Below, one piece after another: positions 15,316 to 27,730 of a stretch of DNA of 64,000 nt. Where the stretch lies: contig OZ024741.1 in NCBI GenBank assembly GCA_964016885.1, positions 65,658,001 through 65,722,000 on the forward strand. The letters run 5' to 3'. The first letter of the stretch is position 1, and each line of letters begins with the position of its first letter. Both the position numbers and the translations under genes were made by a program. A model generated the notes under the pieces. It saw only the letters and a list, made by a program, of their open reading frames with translations, was not told where the DNA came from and made no database searches. The stretch is from Eledone cirrhosa. Lineage: Eukaryota.

Positions 15316-15809
15316 GAAGCAAAGGGGACAACCATCTATGCATTTCAGGCTTGACTGATTTTCATCAGGACAGTCCCTCCCATTGCTTGCAACTGCTGGA
15401 CTTGAGAACAGTCGAGAATATATAGTCTTCTCGTCTGTGTAAATGAGGTGATTAATCTCATTTGCATATGAAACTGCATAATTTGGCTCATCATCATCAT
15501 CATCATTTAACGTCTATCTTCCACGCTAACATGGGTTAGACAAGTTTGTCTCATTAGAGGCAAATTGGGTCGGGTGACTGTGTCTCACTCGTATAGAACT
15601 GTTTCTGGCTGGTTTTCTATGGCTGGATGCCCTTCCTAATGCCAACCTCATTTATATATATATACATACATATGTGAGGAGGGATGTAGAAATCTGAAGA
15701 TGAAAGATCAAAGAAAACAGTGCTCAATCTGTTGCAAGAGAACTTATTTAGTATAAATAAAGTTTCATACACTTAACATGTATATGCTACCATTGGTTTT
15801 GGGGTCCAG

Positions 15810-15845
<36 letters not shown>

Positions 15846-15931
15846 TGTATGTGTAATTAAATATATTTTGAAGACCTTGCGCTATTTTAAAGTAGTGACT
15901 ATGTCACTTACTTCTTTTTTCGGCAAAGGAA

Positions 15932-15993
15932 GGGAGAGAAGCTGACAGATTCTGTTTCACACTGTTGGTGTTCCTCAGAGCAACGTACTCCCC
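15932..15993 (-). ncRNA. Type I hammerhead ribozyme motif (inverted copy)
   Basis: Reverse complement of 16368-16429, with an identical core. Confidence 0.7.
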
Positions 15994-16367
15994 AACCTAT
16001 GCCGAAAATTATAGAGACTGGATTCTTATAGAATTCCAGTAATAATCAGCAACTGATTATACCGAGCGATTGCCAGTCCAGCAAAAATAAAAAATTAGGA
16101 TTGGTGCTCTGAAATAGCGATGTATACATGAAATGATAACGCAAGATCTTCAAAATGTTTTTAATTAAACATACGGTATATTACCAAATATACTATACAC
16201 CCATGCTAGCGTGGAAGATAGACATTAAACGATGATGATGAGGCTATTTCAGAGCACCAATCCTAATTTTTAATTTTTGCTGGACCGGCAATCGCTCTGT
16301 ATAATCAGTTCCTGATTATTACTGGAATTCTATAAGAAACCAGCCTCTATAATTTTCGGCAGAGGTC

Positions 16368-16429
16368 GGGGAGTATGTTGCTCTGAGGAACACCAACAGT
16401 GTGAAACAGAATCTGTCAGCTTCTCTCCC
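16368..16429 (+). ncRNA. Type I hammerhead ribozyme motif
   Basis: gct-CTGAGGA-acac caaca gtgt-GAA-acaga a tctgt-C-agc; GTC triplet at 16415-16417; stem I gct/agc extended by gggag/ctccc. Confidence 0.75.
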
Positions 16430-16949
16430 TTCCTTTGCCGAAAAAAGAAGTAAGTGACATAGTCACTACTTTAAAATGATCGCGCAAAGTCTTCAAAATG
16501 TTTTTAATTAAACATACGGTATATTGCCAAATATACTATACATACATTCATGTATACATTGCTATTTCAGAGCACCAATCCTACTATATATATGAGTGTG
16601 TGTATTTTAGAATATGGTGGTGACTGAAAATTTAAAAATAGAATTATAAGCTTTCACTTACAAAGCACATGGACTGATTTACATATACCGCTATCATAAC
16701 TTCTAAATTTAACAGAGAAAAATCAGGTGGGTAGGTTGATGTAATCAGCTAGCACACATATTCGGCCAATAAGAGGTGTGGGTTTGATTCCCACACATGC
16801 TGATTCTCATTTTCTTTTGCCATAATGGAGGCTTATGTGCTCTAATATTAGACTGTAGTCAAAATATAGTGAAAGCTTCTAATTCTGTTTTCAAAATTTT
16901 CAATTGCTACCATATTCTAAAACACATGTTGATTTACACACACACACAC

Positions 16950-16980
<31 letters not shown>

Positions 16981-17264
16981 TATATACATACATATGTAAT
17001 ATGTAATTAAATATGTATATGATGCAACACTGATTCTTTGTTCCCTTATATATTATTATTGATACTCCCTTATATATTATTATTGCTCCCCAAGAACATC
17101 GAGTGCTCATCTTGGCATACCGCCTACGAACTCAATTAATTTGCACCTCTAATACCTATATTTATATATATATATATATCATCATCATCATCATTGTCGT
17201 CATTTAACGTCCATCTTCCACGCTAGCATGGGTTAGATGGTATATCATCATCATCATTTTCATC

Positions 17265-17590
17265 ATCATTTCATTTTATGTCCACTTTTCCCTGCTTGCA
17301 AGGGTGGGATGGGAACTGATTCTGGCTTGATTTCTACAGCTGGATGCCCTTCCTAACACCAACCTCATTTACAGTGAGTGCTTTTTTGCCGTGGCACCTC
17401 CACAACCACTTTGCAGTGGAATGATATGGACCCCAGTCCCTATCATCTCATTTCTACAGCTGAGTAAACTGGAGCAATGTGAAATAAAGTGTCTTGCTCA
17501 AGGAAACAACACATCACCCTGTCTGAGAATTGAACTCACAACCTTTCGATTGCAAGGCCAATGCTCTAACCACTAAGCCATGTGCCTCCA
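17265..17590 (-). mobile_element. tRNA-derived CORE-like SINE with RTE-type tail
   Basis: Reverse complement of the 23006-23412 family (tggcttagtgg box A, gttcaattc box B). Confidence 0.8.
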
Positions 17591-17605
17591 TATATATATA
17601 TATAT

Positions 17606-17735
17606 GCGATGGACTGACGTCCTGTCCAGGGGAAGCCTTGTACTCACAGTCGCTTCACGCCATGAAACCGGGATAAGCACTGGCCAAATGAGCAGCCTGG
17701 CTTAAGACAGACTTTAGACTTTAGACTTTAGACTT
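17606..17735 (+). mobile_element. SINE 3' half with V-domain-like sequence and (GACTTTA)n tail
   Basis: gcgatggactgacgtcctgtccagggg...gtcgcttcacgccatgaaaccgggataagc followed by a heptamer tail. Confidence 0.55.
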
Positions 17736-18074
17736 ATATATATATATATATATAATCATCATCATCATCACCATTTAATATGTGTATATATTTATGCAAT
17801 TTGGTGCAGTCTTGGTTACATATTCTATATGTATGCAGATATAACTTTATATATATAGATAGATAGATAGAAAGGAAAAAATCACAAAGGTTTAATACAT
17901 TAATACATTATATAATTGATTTACATATGTTTCATTCATGAAGCATTTAATTCCTTTGTAAAGAAAACTGTCTTTTGTCAAACTAAATATCGACAAAATT
18001 ACATTAAAGTTTTAAATATCTGAATGACTTATGCAATTGTATCATCAACTTATATAATTTACCTTACATATATA

Positions 18075-18119
<45 letters not shown>

Positions 18120-19152
18120 GAATATAAACACACATAGACACACACACACACATAGACATATACCCAACTAAAAGAAATAGAAATCTATGAGGTGCAGAAA
18201 TTTCTGAAATCATAATTCTTTCATTACACATGATTTATTAATCAATTGCTTAATCCTATGTTAATCTTTTGTAAGTTACTTTGATAAACGATGTAATCAG
18301 CCAGTCTTTAGAAAGTCTATTGTTTTTATATCTGCCCCTGATTCTTAATTTTATCAATTACTTGGTAATTGCTAAAATTTCAAAGTTTCAGCTTCTAATC
18401 ATGAAGTGAATATATTTCATTGTTATAGAATGGAATGGATTTCATCAGTTTTAATTATGAGTATTCCAGTTGTTTGATCAATGGAGTGACTTGCTTATGA
18501 ATGTGACCTGCAAGTGGCAGAGTATTCCACAGACATGTACACCCTTATCATAACTATCAGGGAGGTCTTTGCTATAAACGTACCCAGTATACTCTATAAA
18601 GTGGTTGGTGATATTTAGGGCATCCAGTCATAGAAAACCTGTCAAATAAAGGGTTGGGAAAACCCTTCAGTTATGTCAAAGACATAACAACCTCCCTATG
18701 CTGGTGACATGATATAATGCACTCAGTAGAATGTGGGACCATTTGTTGGTAAAATGCTGACCGTCAGTTCATCTGAGAGGTTAGTAGCCCCACATAAGTA
18801 TTGATTCAGTCATTTCTCTTTCAAGCCATGCCTTCCTGTTTTAGAAAAGAAAAATGGAAGAAGATATCAGATAATGCTCTGGGAGCTGTAGAAACAGATG
18901 GGAAGGACTCCTGCTTTGCTTATGGCCAAATTTATGTAGGATGCTCAATAATTTGAAACTCCCACAAACTCTTCGATGCTTCCCCTATTCGTAAGCCCCC
19001 AAATTGTTGTTCATCCTGAGATGTTGTTGTGACAGTGTTAAGAATTCCTAACTATATGAGAGTTACAGATCTAATGTCATAAAGCTGGGATTCAACACAA
19101 TTCTTAATGTTGTTTTAAATATTGCTTCTGACCAGTTCTAATCTCTGGATGT

Positions 19153-19580
19153 GTGAGTTACCTCTGGGTACTCTTATTTAAATATGTTGGTTACCTCTGG
19201 GTACTCCTATTTAAATATGTGGTTACCTCTGGGTAGTCTTATTTAAACATGTGGGGTTACCTCTATGTACACTTATTTCCACATGTGGATTACCTCTGGG
19301 TATCCTTATTTACACACGTGCGGTTATCTATATATTTCCATATGTGGGGTTACCTCTGGGTTCTTTTATTTCCACATATGGGTTACCTCTGGGTTCTCTT
19401 ATTTCCACATGTGGGTTACCTCCAGGCACTTTATTTCCACATGTGGGTTACCTCCAATCTCTTTTATTTCCACATGTGCGGTTACCTCTGGATACTTTTA
19501 TTTCCACATGTGGGGAATACCTCTGGGTACTTTTATTTCTACATGTGGGGTTACCTCTGGGTACTTTTATTTCCACATGT
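19153..19580. repeat. Minisatellite, ~13 copies of a ~33-bp unit
   Basis: Unit approx. GTGGGTTACCTCTGGGTACTTTTATTTCCACAT, head-to-tail with no spacers. Confidence 0.93.
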
Positions 19581-19855
19581 TATAAAAATGTATTTCCGTG
19601 GGTGGTTTACCTCGAAACAGTCTGGGTTCAACTGATTTAAAAAATTATTTTCAGTGTTAAAGTATTTCACGAAAATATATAAAATATTACAAAAATTGAA
19701 TTAGCTCTCATCATATGTTTTACTTACAGTAAATAATCTAATTACAGGGCATATAAGCTCTTTGAACGGAAACAAAATAGGCATTAGCACTAAATTCAAT
19801 AATGTTTCAAATGAATGAAAACTGTTTGCACTTTCACTTAACCCTGTATTCTTAT

Positions 19856-20083
19856 TTAATCCTTTAGCATTTAAACTGGCTGTATCTGGCCAGAATTCTC
19901 TCACTTTTTTCCGTTCAAACTGGCTGTAACCGGCTGCTCATACTGATGTTAAGGTATTGTTCTCAAAATGAATAATATCAAAATCTCATAGATTCAATAT
20001 TATGTGCGATGTTATGCAAGATAAACCCTTTTCAGTGAAAATACAATAGTAAATATAGAGTAATGTAAATGCTAAAGGGTTAA
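19856..20083. mobile_element. piggyBac-type (TTAA) MITE; related copies near 6015, 48425, 50108-50335 and 59488
   Basis: TTAA-tcctttagcattta ... taaatgctaaaggg-TTAA. Confidence 0.75.
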
Positions 20084-20989
20084 TACAAATGAATTAGCTA
20101 TATGATATTTCTAAAGTCTCTAAATCCTGTCTTGAGCTTGGAGATCTCATCAGGCTGCTACTTATCCTGGTTCCCATGGCATGAACCAACTGAAAGTATA
20201 AGACTCCCTCTGGATAGGAGACCAGTTCATCACAGGGTTAAACTCCAAGCTATAGTTGGTGTACACTGGAGTAACATGAAATGAAGTGTTTTGTTCAAGA
20301 ACACAACACACAACCTAGTCGAGGAATCGAACCCATGACATTATGATTGTCAGTCCAATATAAGGTATTTATTGAATTATGAAATATACTCTGTATATTG
20401 GGCGTATATCTGTGACAAAGAGTAGACACCTGATGGCTATAAACGTTTTGAAAAAAATAAATTTGTTTTTTACATGAACATAAACTTTTCACAAGAAACT
20501 TGATAGTGTTCTATTAAACCACATATACCTTGACTAAGAACAATTCTAGTACATTTATAACATTTTTTGACAAACTCATCTATGTAAATATAAAACACCC
20601 ACACACTCACCTGCGTACACACACACACATACTTACGTGCGTGCACACACTCAAGCAGGTCACCCCAGCAATGTTTTTAATTTCAACATATTTTCTTAAA
20701 ACAGAAAATCAGAGAAAGTGAAAGAGAGAGAGGGGGGGGGGGGGTGAAGGGCACACATAAAGAGAGGTACATAGAGAAAGGGAGGAGAAGGAAGTGGTTA
20801 TGTAGATAATGAGAAAGGTAGAGAGAGATATACCTACACTCTATGATTAATCTATAGAATTATATTTTTGTATTTTGTTAAACACTTGGTTTCAGCATTT
20901 TCCTGACCATGCCCCTTGTCACAAGAAACCTATATAAAACCATTATCTTAGTATTTTCTGTTTTAACAGTTTCAGAGAATCCAATGTAA

Positions 20990-21840
20990 ACTTTGTAGAT
21001 CCAAACTTTGAGATGTAATGGGATCAAAGGCAGGCAAACAGAGAAAAGAGATTGTGTTTGTGGCAAATGTACATGGGTAGTTAGGAGAGAGAACCAGTGA
21101 AATAAACTCTTTATAATCAAATAAAGGTTCCATAGAAGCAGTTGATAGCCTCTGTTACCTAAGAGACCAAATTAAGAATACTTTAAAGGTATAGTAGCCA
21201 GGATAAAAACAGGGTGGGAAAAGTTGAGAGGATTACTACCGCTGGTGACAACAGGATTCTCTTTCTGAATGAAGGAGTAGAATATATAATTGTTTCTACT
21301 TTAGGCACAAGGCCAGCAATTATCCCAGTACTTTACTGGTACTTTATTTTATCGACCCCTGTAAGGATGAAAGGCAAAGTGAACCTCGGCGGGATTTGAA
21401 CTCACACCATAAAGGGGCATAACTCTATGCTGCAAAGCATGGCGTCCGACCTTCTACTGATACTGCCAATCCCCGCATGCACAGAAGGCAATGTTGTATG
21501 ATAATAAAACAGGGGTATTGAATATAGAGGACATATCATGCTAGCGTGCCTGAATGACAAAGCATAGATGAGTTGAAAGAAAAACTGGGCATAAAAGAAA
21601 TTAGATGCATTGTACAAGAGAAATTGTGACAGTATGTACATATGATGTGTATGGATGAGGATCATTGGTAAAGAAGTGCTATGAATTCCCAGTGGAAGGA
21701 AACTGCAGAAAATGAAGACTAAAGAAAACCTGGGCAGAAATTGTTAGAGCTGAACTCAGACTGCTGAACCTGACAGAGATGATGAAAGACTGCAACATGT
21801 GATGGGAAATTGTGCTGGAGAAGACCTGCCCAACCCACGG
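20990..21840 (+). mobile_element. Old, highly decayed RTE family-A-like LINE interrupted by a SINE (21285-21470)
   Basis: Remnants RCNGIKG..CVCGKC, EAVDSLCYL, ARIKTGWEKLRGLLPL, QSIDELKEKLGI and KKTWAEIV. Confidence 0.7.
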
Positions 21841-22210
21841 AGAAACAAATATATAATTATTTCTAGTTTAGGCACAAGGCCAGCAATTACCCAGTACATT
21901 ACTGGTACTTTATTTTATCGACCCCGTAAGGATGAAAGGCAAAGTTAACCTCGGCGGGATTTGAACTCAGACTGTAAAGGGACGTAACTATGCTAGAAAG
22001 CATGGCGTCCAACCCTCTACCGATACTGCCAATTCACATAATAATGGTTTCTGATTTAGGCACAAGGACAACAATTTTAGGGGAGGTGCATTACTGGTAC
22101 TTTATTTTATCAACCCCATAACATTTTAACTCAGAATGTAAAGGGCCATAACTCTATGCCTCAAAGCATGGTGTCCGATACTCTACTTATACTTGGGGTA
22201 GTAGAGTGAC

Positions 22211-22337
22211 TAATATGAAAAGATTCAGGACCCCGATGACTGAGCTCCAGCCATTTCAACAGCTAGATCCAAACTGTTCGATTCTAGCTGTTGAAATGGC
22301 CAGAGCTCAGCCGTTGGGGTCCTGAATCTTTTAATAT
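22211..22337. repeat. Imperfect hairpin with ~55-bp arms
   Basis: aaaagattcaggacccc...atttcaacagctaga / tctagctgttgaaat...ggggtcctgaatctttt. Confidence 0.85.
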
Positions 22338-22577
22338 CATCATCATCATCATCGTTTAACGTCTATCTTCCACGCTAGCATGGGTATATGAATATATATA
22401 TATGTATATTCTGGAGTGTAGATAAAGAATGATTAATTCCGAGTGTTTACAAATGTTTCTTTAGAAACATTTGTAAACACTGGGAATAAATTACCTTTTT
22501 ATGATGTCTACCTGTTTTATTAATCATTCTTTATATATATGTATATGTATATATATGTATATATACATGTATATATT

Positions 22578-22967
22578 AGTGGCGAAGGATAACCTGAAAA
22601 GCAGAGCATGCAGTCTAATCGCCATGGCGGAAAGTGGGGCTGTGCAACCTTACCCCCCCCCCCCCCAATTCCCTCTAGAAGACCCTCCCGGTCAAAGCCG
22701 CATGTACTGTTATCTAGTGTGTGTGTGTTATCTTTTTATGTGTCTACGATTTAGTAAGAAGTCAAAATTCTGCTTGCCCCAAAGCTGTCGTGTGTTTGTG
22801 TGTATGTGTTTGTGTGTATGTGTGTGTGTGTGTGTTATCTTTTTTTGTGTCTATACATTTTAGTAAGCAGCCAAAATTCTGCCTGCTTCAACCGACGCAA
22901 TTGATCAACTCAAGATTCTATAACGCATGCACTGCATGCTTTGCATGCGCGGACCCTTCACCCCTGG
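22578..22967. mobile_element. Possible hAT-type MITE
   Basis: Short imperfect inverted termini tagtggcgaagg / ccttcacccctg bounding unique sequence inside (TA)n. Confidence 0.35.
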
Positions 22968-23004
<37 letters not shown>

Positions 23005-23005
23005 G

Positions 23006-23412
23006 AAGGCGCATGGCTTAGTGGTTAGAGCATTGGGCTTGCAATCGAAAGGTTGTGAGTTCAATTCTCGGACCAGGTGATGTGTTGTTTCCTTGAGCAA
23101 GACACTTTATTTCACATTGCTCCAGTTTACTCAGCTGTAGAAATGAGATGATAGGACTGGAGTCCCTATCATTCCACGACAAAAAAAGCACCCAGCCCAC
23201 ATTGTAAAGTGGACGTGTAGGTGCCATGGAAAAAAAAGCACCCAGCACTCACTGAAAATGAGGTTGGTGTTAGGAAGGGCATCCAGCTGTAGAAATCAAG
23301 CCAGAATCAGTTCCTGTATGAGCAAGACAAGGTCAACCGACCGGACACTGCCCGTAACAGGACAACCCGTCTAACCCATGCTAGCGTGGAAGAACGGATG
23401 TAAAACAGTGAT
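23006..23412 (+). mobile_element. Full-length tRNA-derived CORE-like SINE with 3' tail shared with RTE family A
   Basis: Box A TGGCTTAGTGG, box B GTTCAATTC, central ccttgagcaagacacttt...ctccagtttactcagctgtagaaatgag, then ggtgttaggaagggcatccagc...cccatgctagcgtgg and (GAT)n. Confidence 0.85.
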
Positions 23413-24055
23413 GATAATGATGTATATGTATATATATATGTATATATATATGTATGTGTATATATATATATGTATATATATATTTTATATCCTCCCTATA
23501 AAAGCTTCACGGCATAGGCACTGGAGATCTCTCTGCACTTGTCGTTACATGGTACCATGGGCCCAGCACTATGTGTCAATAATTGTCACAAGCCTAGTGT
23601 TGTACCAGAGTTTTCAAGTCCCTGGCTGGACTAAAAAGTCACACTCATTCAGCGCATCGGTAGGGGTTCTCCTACATGGATATAAAGTAGTGGCCGTACT
23701 CGAAAAGGAGTTGGCAGCCACCATATATATATGTATATATATATGTATATATGTATATATATATATATATATATATGTATATCTATATCTATCTATATAT
23801 GTATATCTATATCTATCTATATATATATATGTATATGTATGTATGTATATATATGTATGTATGTATATATATATATATATGTATGTATATATGAATGTAT
23901 GTATATATATGAATGTATGTATATATATATATGTATGTATGTATGTATATATATGAATGTATGTATATATATATATGTATGTATGTATATATATATATAT
24001 ATATGTATGTATATATATATATATATGTATGTATGTATGTATGTATATATGTATG

Positions 24056-24108
<53 letters not shown>

Positions 24109-24203
24109 CTATATATATATGTATGTATGTATCTATAAATATGTATGTACGTATCTATATATATGTATGTATATATATATATGTATATATATATATATGT
24201 ATG

Positions 24204-24235
<32 letters not shown>

Positions 24236-24283
24236 TGTATGTATATATGTATATATATATATATGTATGTATATATATATATG

Positions 24284-24315
<32 letters not shown>

Positions 24316-24393
24316 TATATATATATATGTATGCATATATGTATATATGTATGTATGTATGTATATATGTATGTATGTGTATATGTATATATG

Positions 24394-26469
24394 CACTTTG
24401 ATGATCTTTTGAATCAGCCGTCTGTCGTCAATGAAGATTTCCTCAATCTCATTCCAGAAAGTCCTGTGAAAGTAGCTCTCACAGAACCTCCGATGCTTGT
24501 GGAGGTTGCAGTGGCTATTTCGAAGGTGAACAGTGGAAGATCTCCAGGTATGGATGGCATACATGCTGAGCTCCTACAATATGGTGGTGAGAGACTCCTG
24601 CAACATCTTCACTCTTTGTTTGGCAGGATATGGGCTAATGAATCCGTACCTGAGGACTGGAGAGATGCAGTAATGGTGGTCTTGTACAAGGGAAAGGGTA
24701 ACAGGAATGATTGTGGGAACTACAGAGGTATATCATTGCTTTCTGTCGTAGGGAAAGTTTTATGTAGGGTGCTTCTGGATCGTGTGCTGACACACATTGC
24801 AGATTGTGTTCTTCCTGAAAGTCAATCTGGTTTTTGTGCTGGACGCGGCACTACTGATATGATCTTCTCAGCTAGACAGCTCCAGGAGAAGTGCATTGAA
24901 CAGGGCTTGGATCTGTATCAGGTTTTTGTCGATCTGACTAAAGCTTTCGATACTGTTAACAGAAATGCATTATGGAAGGTTCTCCAGAAACTTGGTTGCC
25001 CTGATAAGTTCCTTGCTTTAGTTAGGTCTTTCCATGATGACATGAAGGCTTGGGTTAATCTCGGAGGTAACATGTCGGAGCCTGTCTCAGTAAAAAATGG
25101 AGTGAAACAGGGGGATATTCCAGCACTGACCCTGTTTGCCATATACTTTGAAATGGTTTTCTGTATTGCATTCAGGAATTGCGAGCATGGTGTTTACATC
25201 CGATATCGAACCTCAGGCAGCATATTTAACATCAGTCGCTTTGCTGCGAAGACAAAAGTGTTTACATCAATCATAAGAGACCTCTTGTATGCAGATGATT
25301 GCGATCTTGTAGCGCACACAGAGAGTGATATGCAGCACATTTTGAATGCATTTTCTGATGCTTGCACTGCCCTAGGATTGACTGTCAGTCTCAAGAAAAC
25401 CGTCGTCATGTACCAACCTGCCCCTGGTAAGCAGTACAGTGAACCAAATATCTATGTGTATGGTAAACGACTTGGAGTGGTTGATCAGTTTGTCTACCTG
25501 GGAAGCACTGTCAATCGATACAGCAACCTTGATAGTGAAATCTCACTTAGGATTAGGTAAGCAAGTGATGCTTTCGGAAAGCTAGAAAGGCGACTCTGGG
25601 GTCGGTGAGACATATGCAAGAAGACAAAGGTAAAGGTGTACAAGGCATGTGTGCTCTCTTCTCTTCTTTATGCCTGCGAGACCTGGGTCACATATCGACA
25701 CCACCTTAAGCAATTGGAGCGTTTCCATCAGATGTGTCTCAGACGTATCCACGGCGTTCACTGGAGGGACCACATCAGTGATGTTGAGATTTTGGAAAGC
25801 TCTATGTGTGACAGTATAGAAGCTCTTGTGCTTAAGCAACGACTCCGTTGGAGTGGTCACCTTGCCAGGATGAAGGATTCTAGAATACCAAAACAACTCT
25901 TTTATGGAGAGTTAGTTAAAGGAAAACGACAGCCACATAAACCAAAAAAGAGGTATAAGGATTCCTTGAAAGCCTCTCTAAAAGACGCTAACATCTCTGC
26001 TGATACATGGGAAAATATTACTGCTGATCGTAATAAATGGAGAAAGACTGTATATGAGGGAAAAGTTGCCTTTGAGGCATCGCGAATCGCATACGAGAAA
26101 GTAAAGCGGGATGTGAGGAAGGGCATTGCTGTTGCACTTCCAGACGGCGAGAGTCCTCCTATGGTGCTGACATGCAGCGTCTGTGCGAGACTCTGCCTAA
26201 GCAAAGCTGGACACGAAAGTCATCTTCGCAGTCATAAAGTAAGACCAGTGGTTGACTACCAGGTTGCTGTTGGAGATGCTACTCATCATGCTTGCCAAGC
26301 ATGTGGTAGAGAATGTAAATCAGCAGGAGGGCTCAAGCGACATGCAAAAGTACATGAACTCCAACCACAGCCGACTATTCCCAGTGAATGTTTTGGTTGC
26401 CGACTCTGTGCAAGACATTGTAGATCATTGGCTGGGCTAAAAACCCACATTCGATTGCAACGCTGTTAG
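24394..26469 (+). pseudogene. RTE-BovB-like LINE ORF2, 5'-truncated: RT plus three C2H2-like fingers, two in-frame stops
   Basis: NYRGISLLS, QSGF, FVDLTKAFD, GVKQGD, LLYADD, YLGS and LRWSGHLARM; TAA 25558-25560 and TGA 25606-25608 lie in one continuous frame. Confidence 0.93.
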
Positions 26470-27298
26470 TTGCTATTGTGTGTGTGTGTATAGATATGTT
26501 TATGTGTGTGCGTATATATATATATATGTATATTATTATTATTGTTGTTGTTGTCGTTATTATTATTGTTGTTATTTAATGTACTGGGTAATTTCTGGCC
26601 TTGTGCCAATAGTAGAAACAATTATTATTATTATTGTTATTAATATATATATATATATATATATATTTGTTTTTTTGTTTTTCTCGTGCAATGGCCATAC
26701 TCGATAACGAGGGGGCAGCCATCATATATGTATGTATGTATGTATATATATATATATGTATGTATGTATATATATATATATGTATGTATATATATATGTA
26801 TGTATATATATATGTATATATATATGTGTATGTATATATATATATGTATGTATATATATATATATGTATGTATGTATATATATATATATATATATATACA
26901 TGGATGTATATATATATGTATGTATGTATGTATGCAACCCTGATGGTATCCAATGATGTTGACTTGTTCTTCTTTTTGGTAAATATCATCTTGGTTAAGA
27001 GAGTGGGACTGGCTTTGTGCAGTGCCTTTGCTCACTATAAAAGCTTCACGGCACAGGCATTGCTTTATATCTGGAGATCTCTCTGCCCTTGTCATCACAT
27101 GGTACCATGGGCCCAGCACTATGTGCCAATAATTGTCACAAGTGTAGTGTTTGTACCAGAGTTTTCAAGTCGCTGGCTGGAGTAAAAAGTCACACTCGTT
27201 CAGCGCATCGGTAGGGGTTCTCCTACATGGATATAAAGTAGTGGCCATACTCGAAAACGAGTTGGCAGCCACCATGTATATATATATATATATATATG

Positions 27299-27418
<120 letters not shown>

Positions 27419-27486
27419 TGTATGTATATATATATGTTTGTATGTATATATATATGTATGTATATATATATATATATATGTATGTA

Positions 27487-27522
<36 letters not shown>

Positions 27523-27640
27523 TATATCTCAAGTCGCTGGCTGGACTAAAATGTCACACTCGTTCAGCGCATCGGTAGGGGTTCTCCTACATGGATATAA
27601 AGTAGTGGCCGTACTCGAAAACGAGTTGGCAGCCACCATG

Positions 27641-27670
<30 letters not shown>

Positions 27671-27673
<3 letters not shown>

Positions 27674-27730
27674 GGTAGCTGCCAGTACATCCTGTCGCAT
27701 GGTCGGGTCGTTGGCGACTAAACTGGCAAC
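27671..27730 (+). ncRNA. Decayed or truncated HDV-like ribozyme
   Basis: P2 TGCCAGT/ACTGGCA, L3-like TCCTGT then CGC, GG, P4 TCG-TTGG-CGA, J4/2 CTAA; P1 and P3 are imperfect. Confidence 0.45.

Larger units (their letters stand above)
15841..16582. mobile_element. Fold-back element with ~280-bp inverted arms (15841-16118 / 16243-16523) and a partial tandem ~318-bp unit; Penelope-like pLTR or retrozyme
   Basis: Arms are reverse complements; the unit start gctatttcagagcaccaatcct recurs at 16243 and 16561; hammerhead motif in each arm. Confidence 0.8.

Noticed and set aside
18845-18957. CFAYGQIYVGCS resembling Helitron/PIF1 helicase motif VI
   Set aside because: A single short motif with no other helicase or Rep motifs nearby
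19153-19580. CRISPR-like ~33-bp periodicity
   Set aside because: Head-to-tail units without unique spacers, no cas genes, eukaryotic context
23006-23080. tRNA gene
   Set aside because: A/B boxes continue into a SINE body; no proper acceptor stem
23731-24412. Long YI/MYVC-rich ORFs here and at many other loci
   Set aside because: They are translations of (TA)n, (TATG)n and (CA)n microsatellites; the N-terminus of ORF 24145 is likewise spurious
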